Source: the human T2T-CHM13v2.0 reference genome, Homo sapiens. Taken from it: a stretch of DNA of 64,000 nucleotides. Below are positions 17,861 through 33,606 of the stretch, piece by piece (position 1 is the first letter of the stretch; the number at the start of each line of letters is the position of its first letter). The notes beneath the pieces were generated by a model. It saw only the letters and a program-made list of their open reading frames with translations, ran no database searches and had not been told where the DNA came from. The stretch lies in the NCBI RefSeq assembly GCF_009914755.1, contig NC_060938.1; one strand, written 5' to 3'. A program made the translations under genes and the position numbers.

Positions 17861-18502
17861 TGTTAAATAAATAAAATAAATGGTGAAATCTAACTACTGG
17901 AGGCTGCCTGAATGTGGCATATATATACTATCTCTGTGACTTTCTCACACTGCTGCTTCCTCCGAGGGTACTGTTTTTTCCATCCAAGCTTTTTTGTGTC
18001 CAAATCCTTCCTATTCTTTAAGTTCCAGTTTTAATGTCATATCATTACATGGATTGGGTTGTCTGTCTTGTTCCAGTTAGTTTTCTCACAGAAACCTAAG
18101 CACCAAGCAGGCCAGTCTCCAGCAATCCAATCCCCACCTTCCTTTCAAAGACATCTTAAGAGTAATTGTGCCAGCAATGATGACATCGATACACACAACT
18201 GGAAGTAACTTGTCCATTTAACTCTCATAGTACCTATTTCTTGGTTGCATAAAATCATAGACTTATGGAGCTAAAAGAAAGCCAAAGTCAGCATGTATCA
18301 AGTAGGAGGTCTGTCCAAATTCTCAGCCTCTGCTCAAATCTTCTTCAGGCATTCATTTTTGGCCTCATGCAGCTGGTTGTGGAGGAAGCCACTGAGTGTG
18401 GCAGAGCACCACCCAATACCCTCTAAAATTTCAAAATGTCTCATGCTTTCCTCTTCTCTTAACCCAAATCCTGGTTTTACCTTCACTCTATAAAGTTCTA
18501 GA

Positions 18503-18779
18503 GTAGAGGTTGCAAAATGGCAGCCTGCAGTGCCAAGTCTGTGTTTTGTTTATCCTACATGTGGGTTTTTTTTTTCTACAGAGTGTTTTACACTTTTTAA
18601 AATTAGCTGCCAGCATTCAAAAATTCAGAGCTTTCATATAAATTTCTGGATTTCTGGATCCTCTTGAAAAATTAAAAGATATAGTTATATTGAATCTCCA
18701 ATTCCAGGAGGCAAAAATTAACTGAGGCTAAATAGGGGCAGTCCCTAAAGAGAGGCATGTGCCTTGCACAGTTCTCACT
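18503..18779 (+). mobile_element. MER102-like hAT/Charlie DNA transposon remnant (host of the THE1 element)
   Basis: 'agaggttgcaaaatggcagcctgc...tttctggatcctcttgaaaaatt'. Confidence 0.6.
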
Positions 18780-20477
18780 TTATATGGTTTGGCCTTGTCC
18801 CCACCCAAATCTCATCTCAAACTGTAATCCCCATAATCCCCACATGTCTAGGGAGAGGCCTGGTGGGAGAAAATTGAATCATGGGGTCAGTTTCCCCATG
18901 CTGTTTTTGTGATAGTGAGTGAGTTCTCATGGGATCTGATGGCTTTATAAGGGGATCTTTCCCCTTTCCTCCTAGCACTTCTCTGTCCTGCTCCCTTGTG
19001 AGGGAGGACGTGTTAGCTTCCCTTTCTGCCATGATTGTAATGCAGCAATGCAGCAATGCAGCAATGCAGAACTGTGAGTCAATTAGACCTCTTTCCTTTA
19101 TAAATTACCCAGTCTCAAGTAGTATCTTTATAGCAGTATGACAATGGACTGAAACAGTAAATTGGTACCACAGAGACTGGGGTACTGCTATAAAGATACT
19201 TGAAAATGTGGAAGTGACTTTGGAACTGGATAACAGGGAGAGATTGAAACAGTTTGGATGGCTCAGAAGAAAACAGGAAGATGTGAGGAAAGTGGGTAAC
19301 TTCCTAGAGATTTGTTGAATGGTTTTGACCAAAATCCTGATAGTGATGTGAACAATGAAGTCTAGGCTAAGGTGGTCTTAGATGGAGATGAGAAACTTGT
19401 TGGGAACTGGAGTAAAGATCACTCTTGCTATGTTTTAGCAAAGACACTGGCAACATTTTGCTCCTGTTCTAGAGATCTGTGGAACTTTGAACTTGAGAGG
19501 GATGAATTAGGGTATCTGGTGGAAGAAACTTCTAAGCAGCAAAGTGTTCAAAAGGTGACAGAGCATAAAAGTTTGGAAAATTCTCAGCCTGACCATGCAA
19601 TAGAAAAGAAAAATCCATTTTCTCGGAAAAATTCAAGCCAGCTAAAGGAATCTGCATAAGTAATGAGGAGCTGAATGTTAATCACCAAGACAATGGGGAA
19701 GCTGTCTCCAGGGCATGTCAGAGAACTTCATGGCAGCCTCCGCCATCATAGGCCCAGGGGCCTAAAAGAAAAAAAATGGTTTTGCAGGCCGGGTCCAGGG
19801 CCCTTCTGCTGCTCTGTGCAGCCTCAGGACGTGGCGTTCCGTGTCCCAGCCTTGGTTATAAGGGGCCAATATACAGCTCAGGTTGCTGCTTCAGAGGGTG
19901 CAAGCTCCAAGCCTTGGCAGATTGCATGTGGTTTGGGGTCTGGGGGTGTACAGAAGTCAAGAATTGAGATTTGGGGAAGGTGGAGCCAAGATGGCCAAAT
20001 AGGAGCAGCTCCAGTCTACAGCTCCCAGCGTGAGCGACACAGAAGATGGGTGATTTCAGCATTTCCAACTGAGCTTTGAAGAGAGTAGTGGTTCTCCCAG
20101 CACGCAGCTTGAGACCTGAGAACGGGCAGACTGCCTGCTCAAGTGGGTCCTTGACCACCAAGCAGACTAACTGGGAGGCACCCCCTAGTAGGGGCAGACT
20201 GACACTTCACACGGCTGGCTATACCTCTGAGACAAACTTCCAGAGGAACAATCAGGAAACAGCATTTGCGGTTCACCAATATCTGCTGTTCTGCAGCCAC
20301 CGTTGCTAATACACAGGCAAACGGGGTCTGGAGTGGACTTCCAGCAAGCTCCAACAGACCTGCAGCTGAGGGTCCTGACTGTTAGAAGGAAAACTAACAA
20401 ACAGAAAGGACTTCCACACCAAAAACCCACCTGTACATCACCATCATGAAAGACGAAAGGTAGATAAAACCACAAAG

Positions 20478-21494
20478 ATGGGGAAAAAACAGAGCAGAAA
20501 AACCAGAAACTCTAAAAATCAGAGCGCCTCTCCTCCTCCAAAGGAACGCAGCTCCTCACCAGCAATGGAACGAAGCTGGACGGAGAATGACTTTGACGAG
20601 TTGAGAGAAGAAGGCTTCAGAACATCAAACTACTCCGAGCTAGAGGAGGAAGTTCGAACCAATGGCAAGGAAGTTAAAAACCTTGAAAAAAAATTAGATG
20701 AATGGCTAACTAGAATAACCAATGCAGAGAAGTCCTTAAAGGACCTGATGGAGCTAAAAACCATGGCACGACAACTACGTGACGAATGCACAAGCCTCAG
20801 TAACTGATGCGAACAACTGGAAGAAAGGGTATCAGCGATGGAAGACAAAATGAATGAAATGAAGCAAGAAGAGAAGTTTACAGAAAAAAGAATAGAAAGA
20901 AATGAACAAAGCCTCCAAGAAATATGGGAGTATGTGAAAAGACCAAATCTACGTCTGATTGGTGTACCTGAAAGTGACGGGGAGAATGGAACCAAGTTGG
21001 AAAACACTCTGCAGGACATTATCCAGGAGAACTTCCCCAATCTAGCAAGGCAGCCCAACATTCAGATTCAGGAAATACAGAGAACGCCACAAAGATACTC
21101 CTCGAGAAGAGCAACTCCAAGACACATAATTGCCAGATTCACCAAAGTTGAAATGAAGGAAAAAATGTTAAGGGCAGCCAGAGAGAAAGGTCGGGTTACC
21201 CACAAAGGGAAGCCCATCAGACTAACAGCTGATCTCTCGGCAGAAACCCTACAAGCCAGAAGAGAGTGGGGGCCAATATTCCACATTCTTAAAGAAAAGA
21301 ATCTTCAACCCAGAATTTCATATCCAGCCAAACTAAGCTTCATAAGTGAAGGAGAAACAAAACACTTTACAGACAAGCAAATGCTGAGAGATTTTGTCAC
21401 CACCAGGCCTGCCCTAAAAGAGCTCCTGAAGGAAGCACTAAACATGGAAAGGAACAACCGGTACCAGCCACTGGAAAAACATGCCAAATTGTAA
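20478..21494 (+). pseudogene. L1 ORF1p with in-frame TGA at 20805-20807
   Basis: ORFs 20478..20807 and 20838..21494 are in the same frame. Confidence 0.95.
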
Positions 21495-21557
21495 AGACCA
21501 TTGATGCTAGGAAGAAACTGCATCAACTAACGAGCAAAATAACCAGCTAATATCATA

Positions 21558-25378
<3,821 letters not shown>

Positions 25379-27535
25379 AACAATGAGAACACATGGACAC
25401 AGGAAGGGGAACTTCACACACTCGGGACTGTGGTGGGGTGGGGAGAGGGGGGAGGGATAGCATTAGGAGAGATACCTAATGCTAAATGATGTGTTAATGG
25501 GTACAGCACACCAACATGGCACAAGTATACATATGTAACAAACCTGCACGTTGTGCACATGTACCCTAAAACTTAAAGTATTTTAAAAAAAGGATTAGAT
25601 TAAACTTGTCTCTAAGGAAATTAAAAAAAAAAAAGAATTGCAATTTGGGAACCTCTACTTAGATTTCAGAGGAGGTATGGCAATGCCTGGATGTCCAGGC
25701 AGAAGTTTGCTTCAGGGGTGGAGCCCTCATGAAGAACCTCTGCTAAGGCAGTATGGAAGGGAAATGTGAGGTTGGAGACCCCACACAGAGTCCCCCCTGT
25801 GGCACTGCCTAGTGGAGCTGTGAGAAGTGGCCACCGTCCTCCAGACCTCAGAATGGTAGATCCAACAACTGCTTGCACCATATGTCTGGAGAAGCTGCAG
25901 ATGCTCAATGCCAGCCTGTGAAAGCAGCCAGGCAGGGGGCTGTACCCTGCAAAGCCACAGGGGTGGAGTTGCTCAACACTGTGGGAGCCCACCTCTTGCA
26001 TCAGTGTGACTTGAATGTGAGATATGGAGTCAAAGGAGACAATTTTGGAGCTTTAAGATTTAATGACTCCCCTGTTGGATTTTGGACTTGTATGGGTGGG
26101 ACATGTAGTCCCTTTGTTTTGGCCAATTTCTCCCATTTGGAATGGGAGCATTTATCTAATGCCTGTACCCACATTGTATCTTGTAAGTAACTAACTTGCT
26201 TTTGATTTCAGGCTCCTAGGCAGAAGAGACTTGCCTTGTCTCAGATGAGACTTTGGACTTGGATTTTTGAGTTAATGCTGGAATGAGTTAAGACTTTAGG
26301 GAACTGTAGGGAAGGCATGATTGATTTTGAAACATGAGGAAATGGGATTTGGGAGGGGCCAGGGGTGAAATGATATGATTTGGCTGTGTCCCCACCCAAA
26401 TCTCATCTTGAATTATAATCCCCATAATCCCCACGTGTCTAGGGAGAGACCTGTGGGAGGTAATTGGATCATGGAGACAGTTTTCTCCATGCTGTTCTTG
26501 TGATAGTGAGTGAATTCTCACAAGATCTGATGGTTTTATAAGGAGCTCTTTCCCCTTCACTCCTCGCACTTCTCTCTCCTGCTGCCTTGTGAGGAAAAAT
26601 GTGTTTGCTTCCGCTTCCAGTATGATTATAAGTTTTCTGAGGCTTCTCTAGCCATGTGGAACTATAAGTCAATTAAACCTTTTTCCTTTATAAATTACCC
26701 AGTCTTGGGTAGTATCTTTATAGCAGTGTGAGAACAGACTAATACATCACCCATCTCCATTATCTCCCTGAGCAGGGCACTTCAGTTTGGTTATGTCACC
26801 TGATTATTCATTGTGGACTTTGAGTTTGAAACTCTTGACTATGAGAGTCTGGCTACATCTATTTGCGCATTCAAATTCAAAACATAACTGAGAATAAATG
26901 TGAGAGGAGCATGTTTCTTCTTCCTTTGTTGCTAAAATTTTTTCATTCAAAATAGAGAAAACCATAGGGACACTGTTTGAAACCCCCAACTTCTAAGAAT
27001 TTGAAACAATGTTTTGATGGAGACATAATCAAGGATCTAAGAATGCCAAAGTCCCATCCCAGCAGTTATACTAGTCCCTTCCTTCTGCCCTCTCCAGCCC
27101 CTCCTAAGGGAACGTTGTATAATCACACAGTGTTGCATGGGAAAAATAGGGCAATAGGATTAGAGATGTAGGTTGAATGGGACTTTCTTCCTCATGTTGT
27201 TTTCTATTTGGGTTGCAATTAGACAAATATAATGAATTTTCAGCTTTAGCCAGAAACACTTGCAGATTTAGCTTTCTGGAACAGTCTCTAATTGCATTAG
27301 AAATAAAGATGGGGATGTAATTTAAAGAAGGAAAGGAAAAAACGACTTGAACTCAAGGAGAAAAAATAAATTATTCACAAAGCCAAAATGAGGCTTGGGG
27401 ATAGGCAGTGATTCACAAAGGCACCTAGAGGCTACCTCCACTGGAAAAGTTATCCTCACAGAACCCTAGTACATTTCCATGTAACCCCAGGGTTCCAGAA
27501 GCCTTTGAAAAGGGATGCATTAGATGTTATAATAG

Positions 27536-28087
27536 TGTAGGGAAGGAAAAGTAATTTTCTGTCTTCCCTTCATAGTTCTTAGCTGGGATAGACTCCTGTA
27601 ACAAAAGAGAGATTAACAAGATAACAACAACCATAAGTTTATTAACATGTATACCTCATGTATACATGGAAGATTTACAGGGAATGAATACTTCTCAAAG
27701 AAGTGGCTTAGAAATCCAGATTATATAGCATTTTTAACAAAAAAATAGTAGATTTTTAGAGAAGTGACAGGACAAAGGAAAAATATGTTGAGTCTCCACG
27801 GATAACCAATTGAGGGAAGGCAGAAAAATGGGAGTTATTTAGATTCATCTGGTGTAGCCTCCAAGCTGATCAGGATCAAAAGTTTTCTTTAGTGATCAAC
27901 TTTTGTCTTCTCTGGTAGAGAGGGAGGGAGGCTACCTTTGCCATTGTAAATTTATGTCCTACTCAGAGGCAATGGGGGAAGGGCAGAGAGTTTTCCTTGT
28001 ATTTATTTCTGTTCAATTGCCTTCAGCTCAAAATAATTATCATGCCAAAGTGACATATATTGGAGTGGCATATTCTGGTCTCTTATA
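27536..28087 (-). mobile_element. ERV1 solo LTR, MER34/MER39 clan
   Basis: TSD atag/atag; sense start 'tataagagaccagaatatgccac'. Confidence 0.8.
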
Positions 28088-28267
28088 ATAGTGATGGTAG
28101 CAGCTGTGCAGAGTGAGGCCATAGCCTCCTGACAAGAAGTGGAGACACCAGAGCAAAGCAGTTGAAAGTACAACCTCTAGAGTCAGATAAGGCACAAAAG
28201 AATAACCTCCCTGGATCTGACAGAACACTTCAATTACTCCATTGCCACAAATCTCACTGTTCTTCAA

Positions 28268-28344
28268 TGGGCAGGTCTATGCAAACCTATCCCAAAGTCC
28301 AAGGAAGCTAAGACTTCAAAGAAAGAGACTGACATAGCCAGTTT

Positions 28345-28393
<49 letters not shown>

Positions 28394-28718
28394 ACATTTA
28401 ATAGGGACTTACAAACAGAATCCATGTTTGTATCTCGGTAGACAGTGAGACAAGATGGTGGATCCCCACATTATTACCCTCCAGACCCAGGGCTTATATA
28501 CCATAGGGGAGGGGTGATTCAGGAGGGACATCTAGGACAATTGAACTACAATAGCATCAAGATTGTTTGACCTAAGGGCAGGATTTACAGTAAGTATCTG
28601 CTTTTACACAAGGAACAATAGATAAACTGGAGATCTTAAAGTCCTTTCAGGAACAGGGGTTAATCAGAAGCTAATATGGTGGATTATCATCCAAGATAGA
28701 GTTGCCTTAGCCTCCACA
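28268..28718 (-). mobile_element. Solo LTR (LTR47/MER72-like) containing a (CA)n at about 28347-28393
   Basis: Sense start 'tgtggaggctaaggcaactctatcttgga'. Confidence 0.6.
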
Positions 28719-29129
28719 TCCCGCTACAGATATGGATGCAAATCCTGACAACCTAACTCATTCACTTTGAGAACTCAAGCAAATAACTTCTCTGAGCCTT
28801 GGTTTCTTTGTTAATAATAATACGGCCTATGTGATAGGGCAGTTGTGAAGGTCAAATGAAGAAAGCACTTAAACATTATAGTTAGCCATCTGCATTCAAT
28901 AAATCTTGGCTAATCAATTTAATTATTATTGTTAGTGTTATCAGGAACTGAAACACTACTTGGGTCAAAGAGGGATAACTCTATTTACCTTGCAGTTTAA
29001 AGCCATATTTTTATCTCTTCCCTGCTCCAACAAGTCCACAATCATAATGTCAGGGTCTCTCTCTCTTTTGGTTCACTGGCCTTTTTGTTCACTGATCTTT
29101 TCCTCAACTGGCCTGAAGTTTAGAGATAT

Positions 29130-29687
29130 TGTTTGGGCTCAGAAAATGATATCTGAAAATACGCAGCTTTGGACTTCAAACTGAGAGCCCCTGGGGAGCA
29201 GCAAATGCAGGGAGGGGCTTTCTCTCAAGTTCCTTTACCTGTTTAGTGGAAGTTCCTCCAGAAGAAATGCAATTGTGCTCAGCACCCTCCCTATATGCTC
29301 ATCAAACAAAGAAGGTTAATTCCCAGGAAAATAGACTAAAGGTTGATACTACCTATTCTTCTGAGGACTTCTACCGGAGAGACTTTATCTGTGTACAACA
29401 TCAGCCTTTGTTCATCACACATTTCCTCCTCTTAACATCCCAGACCTATTGCTACCTCCCTTAAAGATACCCCAGTCTCCTATTTCTTTACGTAGTTCAA
29501 AATGCTATTTAAGTTTTGACTATCTGGTCCTTCTTTGAGTCTCCTATATTGTGGGATTCCTGTGCACATGCACATAATAAATTTGTGTGCCTTTTCTCCT
29601 GTTAATCTGTCTACTGTCTGGTTTATTCCAGAGACTCAAATTATCAAACTTTCAGAGGGTGGAAGCAAAGTTTCCTTTGCCCCTACA
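29130..29687 (+). mobile_element. ERV1 solo LTR, MER39/MER34 clan
   Basis: 'tgtttgggctcagaaaatgata...aataaatttgtgtgcc...cccctaca'. Confidence 0.75.
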
Positions 29688-30856
29688 GTTTCTATTCTTG
29701 ATGGTCTAAGATCTTTGTTTCAGCATGTGTCTGCTATCTGAGAGTTGAGCTCCTGCTTTTTAATTTTTGGGGGGACAAGGGATAAAAGATGGGAGATAAA
29801 GTCCCTATGCCATCTTATATCTTTTGAAGTTTCTCTTTTGAAGGTGGTTAAGTTTCTTTGAATCCATCACTCTAAGAATGCATGAGAACCAGTATGGGAT
29901 ATTCCAGTCTGACATAATAATAAAAACCTTTTTTGAGACCAACTACAAAGCACTGCTACTCCTTAATGTAATGTTGGCACTGCATTTTCAATTCCTGTCA
30001 TATTAAACATTCCTTATGGGAACCAGTCTTCAAAGAACATCCTTGCTCTTCTGCGGGCTCTGCTGGTATAGTTCACTGAGAATAGAAACCTCTAGGGTAT
30101 CAAAATCATGTGTTTCTAGCTGGAGACTGTAGATATAATAATTTTAAACAGTAAAGCCCAGAGAAGTAATAGAAAGTAAGACCTGCACATCTAATCAGAG
30201 GAAAAGGCAAGACAAGAACTAAATCTCTTCATTTTGGGTTCACGGCCCTTTCCACAATCCACATTAAGATAGAGAATGGTCTGGATCTCCTATTCTCACT
30301 GAACACTCATTTACTCCCAGTTTGCTCATGGGAGCCTTGGAGGAACCCCTTGGCCATAACTGTTCACCTTAGCTGTGGTTGTTGGGGAACCCCAGTGGCA
30401 TCTCCAGCCAGCTCCTTCTCTTTACCCCTTTTATACTGGTACTGACATTTCCCAGACAGCCAGTCATTCTCCAGCTCCTCATTATTCATCAGAATGTAAA
30501 TAGACAATTTGTATTACTCCCATGTGGAAGATTAAAAGCCCCAAGGCATATTTTCCCTGGTCTCTTCAGGGTGCTGATCAGTAGACAGCCTTTGAACTTC
30601 AGAGGTTTGGATCCCTGCAGGCCTCTGCAACTGGCTGTGGCTATAGATATTTTGAAGCAAAGAAAGCTACCTGGTTTTGCTTCTAAAAAGCAAGAATTCC
30701 CAGAAATGGAGGGTCTGTTTCCTGAGGAGGTCGTTCTTCTGATTGCATTCTGAGAGGAAATAGAAACCCTCTCACTGTGAGAGCAAGAAGAGGGGCTTTA
30801 AAAAAAAAGCAAACAAAACTGAGATATTGATACTAAGACAAGAAAAGGCACAGGAA

Positions 30857-31345
30857 TGTAGGAGACCAGAATATGCCACCCCAAAATATGCCTCTTTGAC
30901 ATCAAGATTATTTTGAGCTGATTATTTTGAGAAACAGCAAAGACATGAGTATAAGCTTCTCTTTTGTAAGTGAAATTTACATTTATGAAGGAAATCTCCA
31001 TCTGTAAGGGTATCTCCCTCTCCGTATCAGAATACTCTTATTAAAGGACTCTGCTTAAGTCTGCACTACAAATCTTACCCTTGTTTACCATACTTTTCCT
31101 GGTTACTTTCCCAAAACTTGCCCCCAACAACCAGAAGCCCAAAAGCTCATTTTCTTTGGTTGAAATTTAAACTGAAGTTTTGACCACCCCTTTGAATTAC
31201 TCATCCTGAGTTTCTTCCATGTATGTGTGAAATATACATGTAAACTTCTGTTTGTTTTTCTCTTATTAATCTGTCTTTCATTACAGAGACCCAGCCAAGA
31301 ACCTGGAAGGGCAGAAGCAAAGGATTATTTTCTCCCTTTCCTACA
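30857..31345 (+). mobile_element. ERV1 solo LTR, MER34-like
   Basis: 'tgtaggagaccagaatatgccaccccaaaatatg...ttcctaca'. Confidence 0.8.
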
Positions 31346-31494
31346 GAGAAAGGAGAGGAGGAAAATGGACATAGAGAAACAGGGGGAATAAGAGAGCTGA
31401 AAACTAGAACTGGGAGCCAGTGAGGCTCACATAGCAAGGAGAATATCAAGGACAAAGGTGCTGTGAAAGATGAAAGCTGTTCCACAGAAGAGAC

Positions 31495-32770
31495 TGTTTG
31501 GGGCTCAGAAACACATACCCCAAAATATGGCATTTTGACATGCTGAACTTAAGAAAGCTCAGGTTCTGTCTGATCTCCCCACTGACTCTACCACCACCGT
31601 CTTTCCCAAAAAAAGTTGAAGATCCTCTATCTGCCTAAGATCCAGGCCCACCAAGAACAATTTATTTTTTCTTCCTCTTCCTATAAGACCAAGCATGTAA
31701 CCACACCTGAAAAGATCCTTTCACTGTCAACAGAACTATTGTAACCACTGGAGGGGTTTTTCCTGCCCGCTGCACAAGTATAGACCACAGCATTATAGTA
31801 GAGAAAGAGTTTAATAGACACAAGGCCAGCCACGCCAGGTGGGAGATGGAGTTAATTCTCAAATCATTCTCGTCCAAAGTTCATAGGTTAGGGGTTTCTC
31901 AAAGGCAGTTTGGGAAAGGGGTGGCTGTGGCTATGCTTGCTATTGATTGGTTGGGGCATAGACAAAATCATGGGAAGCTGAAGCTGTCCTCCTGTAAGCT
32001 GAATCACTTCTGGGTGGGGCCACGGGAATGGGGTTGGCAGATCCAGATGAGTCCAGGTGGAGCCATGGGTGTCAGACATGCAAAAACCCTGAAAAGATAC
32101 TCAAAAGGCCAATCTTAGGTGATACAATAGTGATGTTATGTGCAGGGGTAATTGGGGAAGTTGCATATCTTATAACCTCCAGGATAAGGACTGACAATTG
32201 CTTATGTCTGAGCCTTAGCAGGACTCAGGCTCCTCTCCTCCCCCCAGCCTGAAGGCCTCCCATTAACTTTACAAAAGCAGTTGAGTTTAGGGGGAGGCCT
32301 CTTATCATGTAAATTATAATCTAAATGTCTTCCAAAGTTAGCTCTGCCTAATAATCCAGTAATACTTAAGGGAAAGGCAAGATCGGGGGATGGGTTAGCT
32401 CAGATCTCTTTCACTGTTCTAATTTTCTCACTGATATAATTTTTTATCTCTCACTGTCTATTTAGGTTAAAATAATAATAATTTTTGCAAAGACAGTTTC
32501 ACTACTTATAAATTAATTTCTGTTCTCAGTCCATTCATTCTCTGCAGTAATCCCCTCAATAGAATTCATCTTCCCCCCTCTCCCGTAACCAGTTTTGCCA
32601 GAATAGTATATAAGTTTCTGAACCATGTTGGGGGTGTTGGGTCTCCATTGTGAAGACTCCCATGCCTACATGTTAAATACATTTATATGGCCTTTCTCCT
32701 GTTAATCAATCTGCCTCATGTCAGTAATTTTTCAGTGAACCTTTAGGGGCCAAGGGCCTTGGCCTTCACA
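31495..32770 (+). mobile_element. MER39-like solo LTR interrupted by an LTR8-like LTR
   Basis: TG...CA termini, exact TSD agac/agac. Confidence 0.8.
31740..32501 (-). mobile_element. LTR8-like solo LTR
   Basis: Sense start 'tgaaactgtctttgcaaaaatt'; TSD ctat/ctac. Confidence 0.8.
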
Positions 32771-33606
32771 AGACCATCAGTAACATCATGGGTAACACCA
32801 GCCAGGGAAGATGGTCTAGCCTTCAGACAGAAAGGAGTCACACATTGAGCTTTCCATGGCTGGAAAACTCTTACCACTTACCTGAGTGAGGAGGGATGGA
32901 TTGGTACAAGACTTGTGGAACTGGTTGTAGACACCTAAATAATAACACGAAGTAAGTCATAGCTATAATGTCAAATGTCATTTGAGACATTTTCTTGGGA
33001 CAGCAGGCTAACCTTTACTGAAACCAGTTCTCAAGGAGAAGCTAACTACCTGTACCTCTTACTCACAGAAAGCTGAGACAGGGACTACAGAATAGAAATT
33101 TGGATGTAGAAGGCTGCAGTGACACATGTAAATGGGATTGAGTCCTTCTGTTCCCAAAGTGGAAGGTAAACTATTCCAGATGGCAGGTAAGCCTTTCCTG
33201 AGCACTACCTAGGAACATGTGGCTCACACATCTGGCCTCTTTCTCTACCAAAAAGAATAGAAAATCTAAGAGAAAAAGCACAAAAGAATAACGCTGCTGG
33301 CTCAAACACAACACTTCAAATATTTCATTCCTACAAATTCCATCTACATTCACAAAAGCCCCAGCAGTTGCACCTGCAACATTTTGGTGGCCCCAATGGG
33401 GATTGCTCGGCCACTGCTTGGGGAATGCACGGGAACTGCTTGGGGACTGCTCCCCTATTCTCTCCCTTTCCTCTCCTGCAACCCAACCTCTCAGTAGATA
33501 GCATCCAAGCCCAGAGACAACTGAAGGTCCCTAGCTGGGGCCACTCCCCAGTGGACCAGAAGGTCCCAGTAGAAAAACGTCTGACCACTGCTGCCCTGTT
33601 AGGTTC

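Noticed and set aside
8858-19975. Spacer already inverted in this sequence
   Set aside because: Alu halves, THE1 internal halves and the 17-bp TSD are all collinear across their L1
8858-19975. Naming this as a specific catalogued inversion or chromosomal locus
   Set aside because: No gene landmark in the window; cannot be verified without a search
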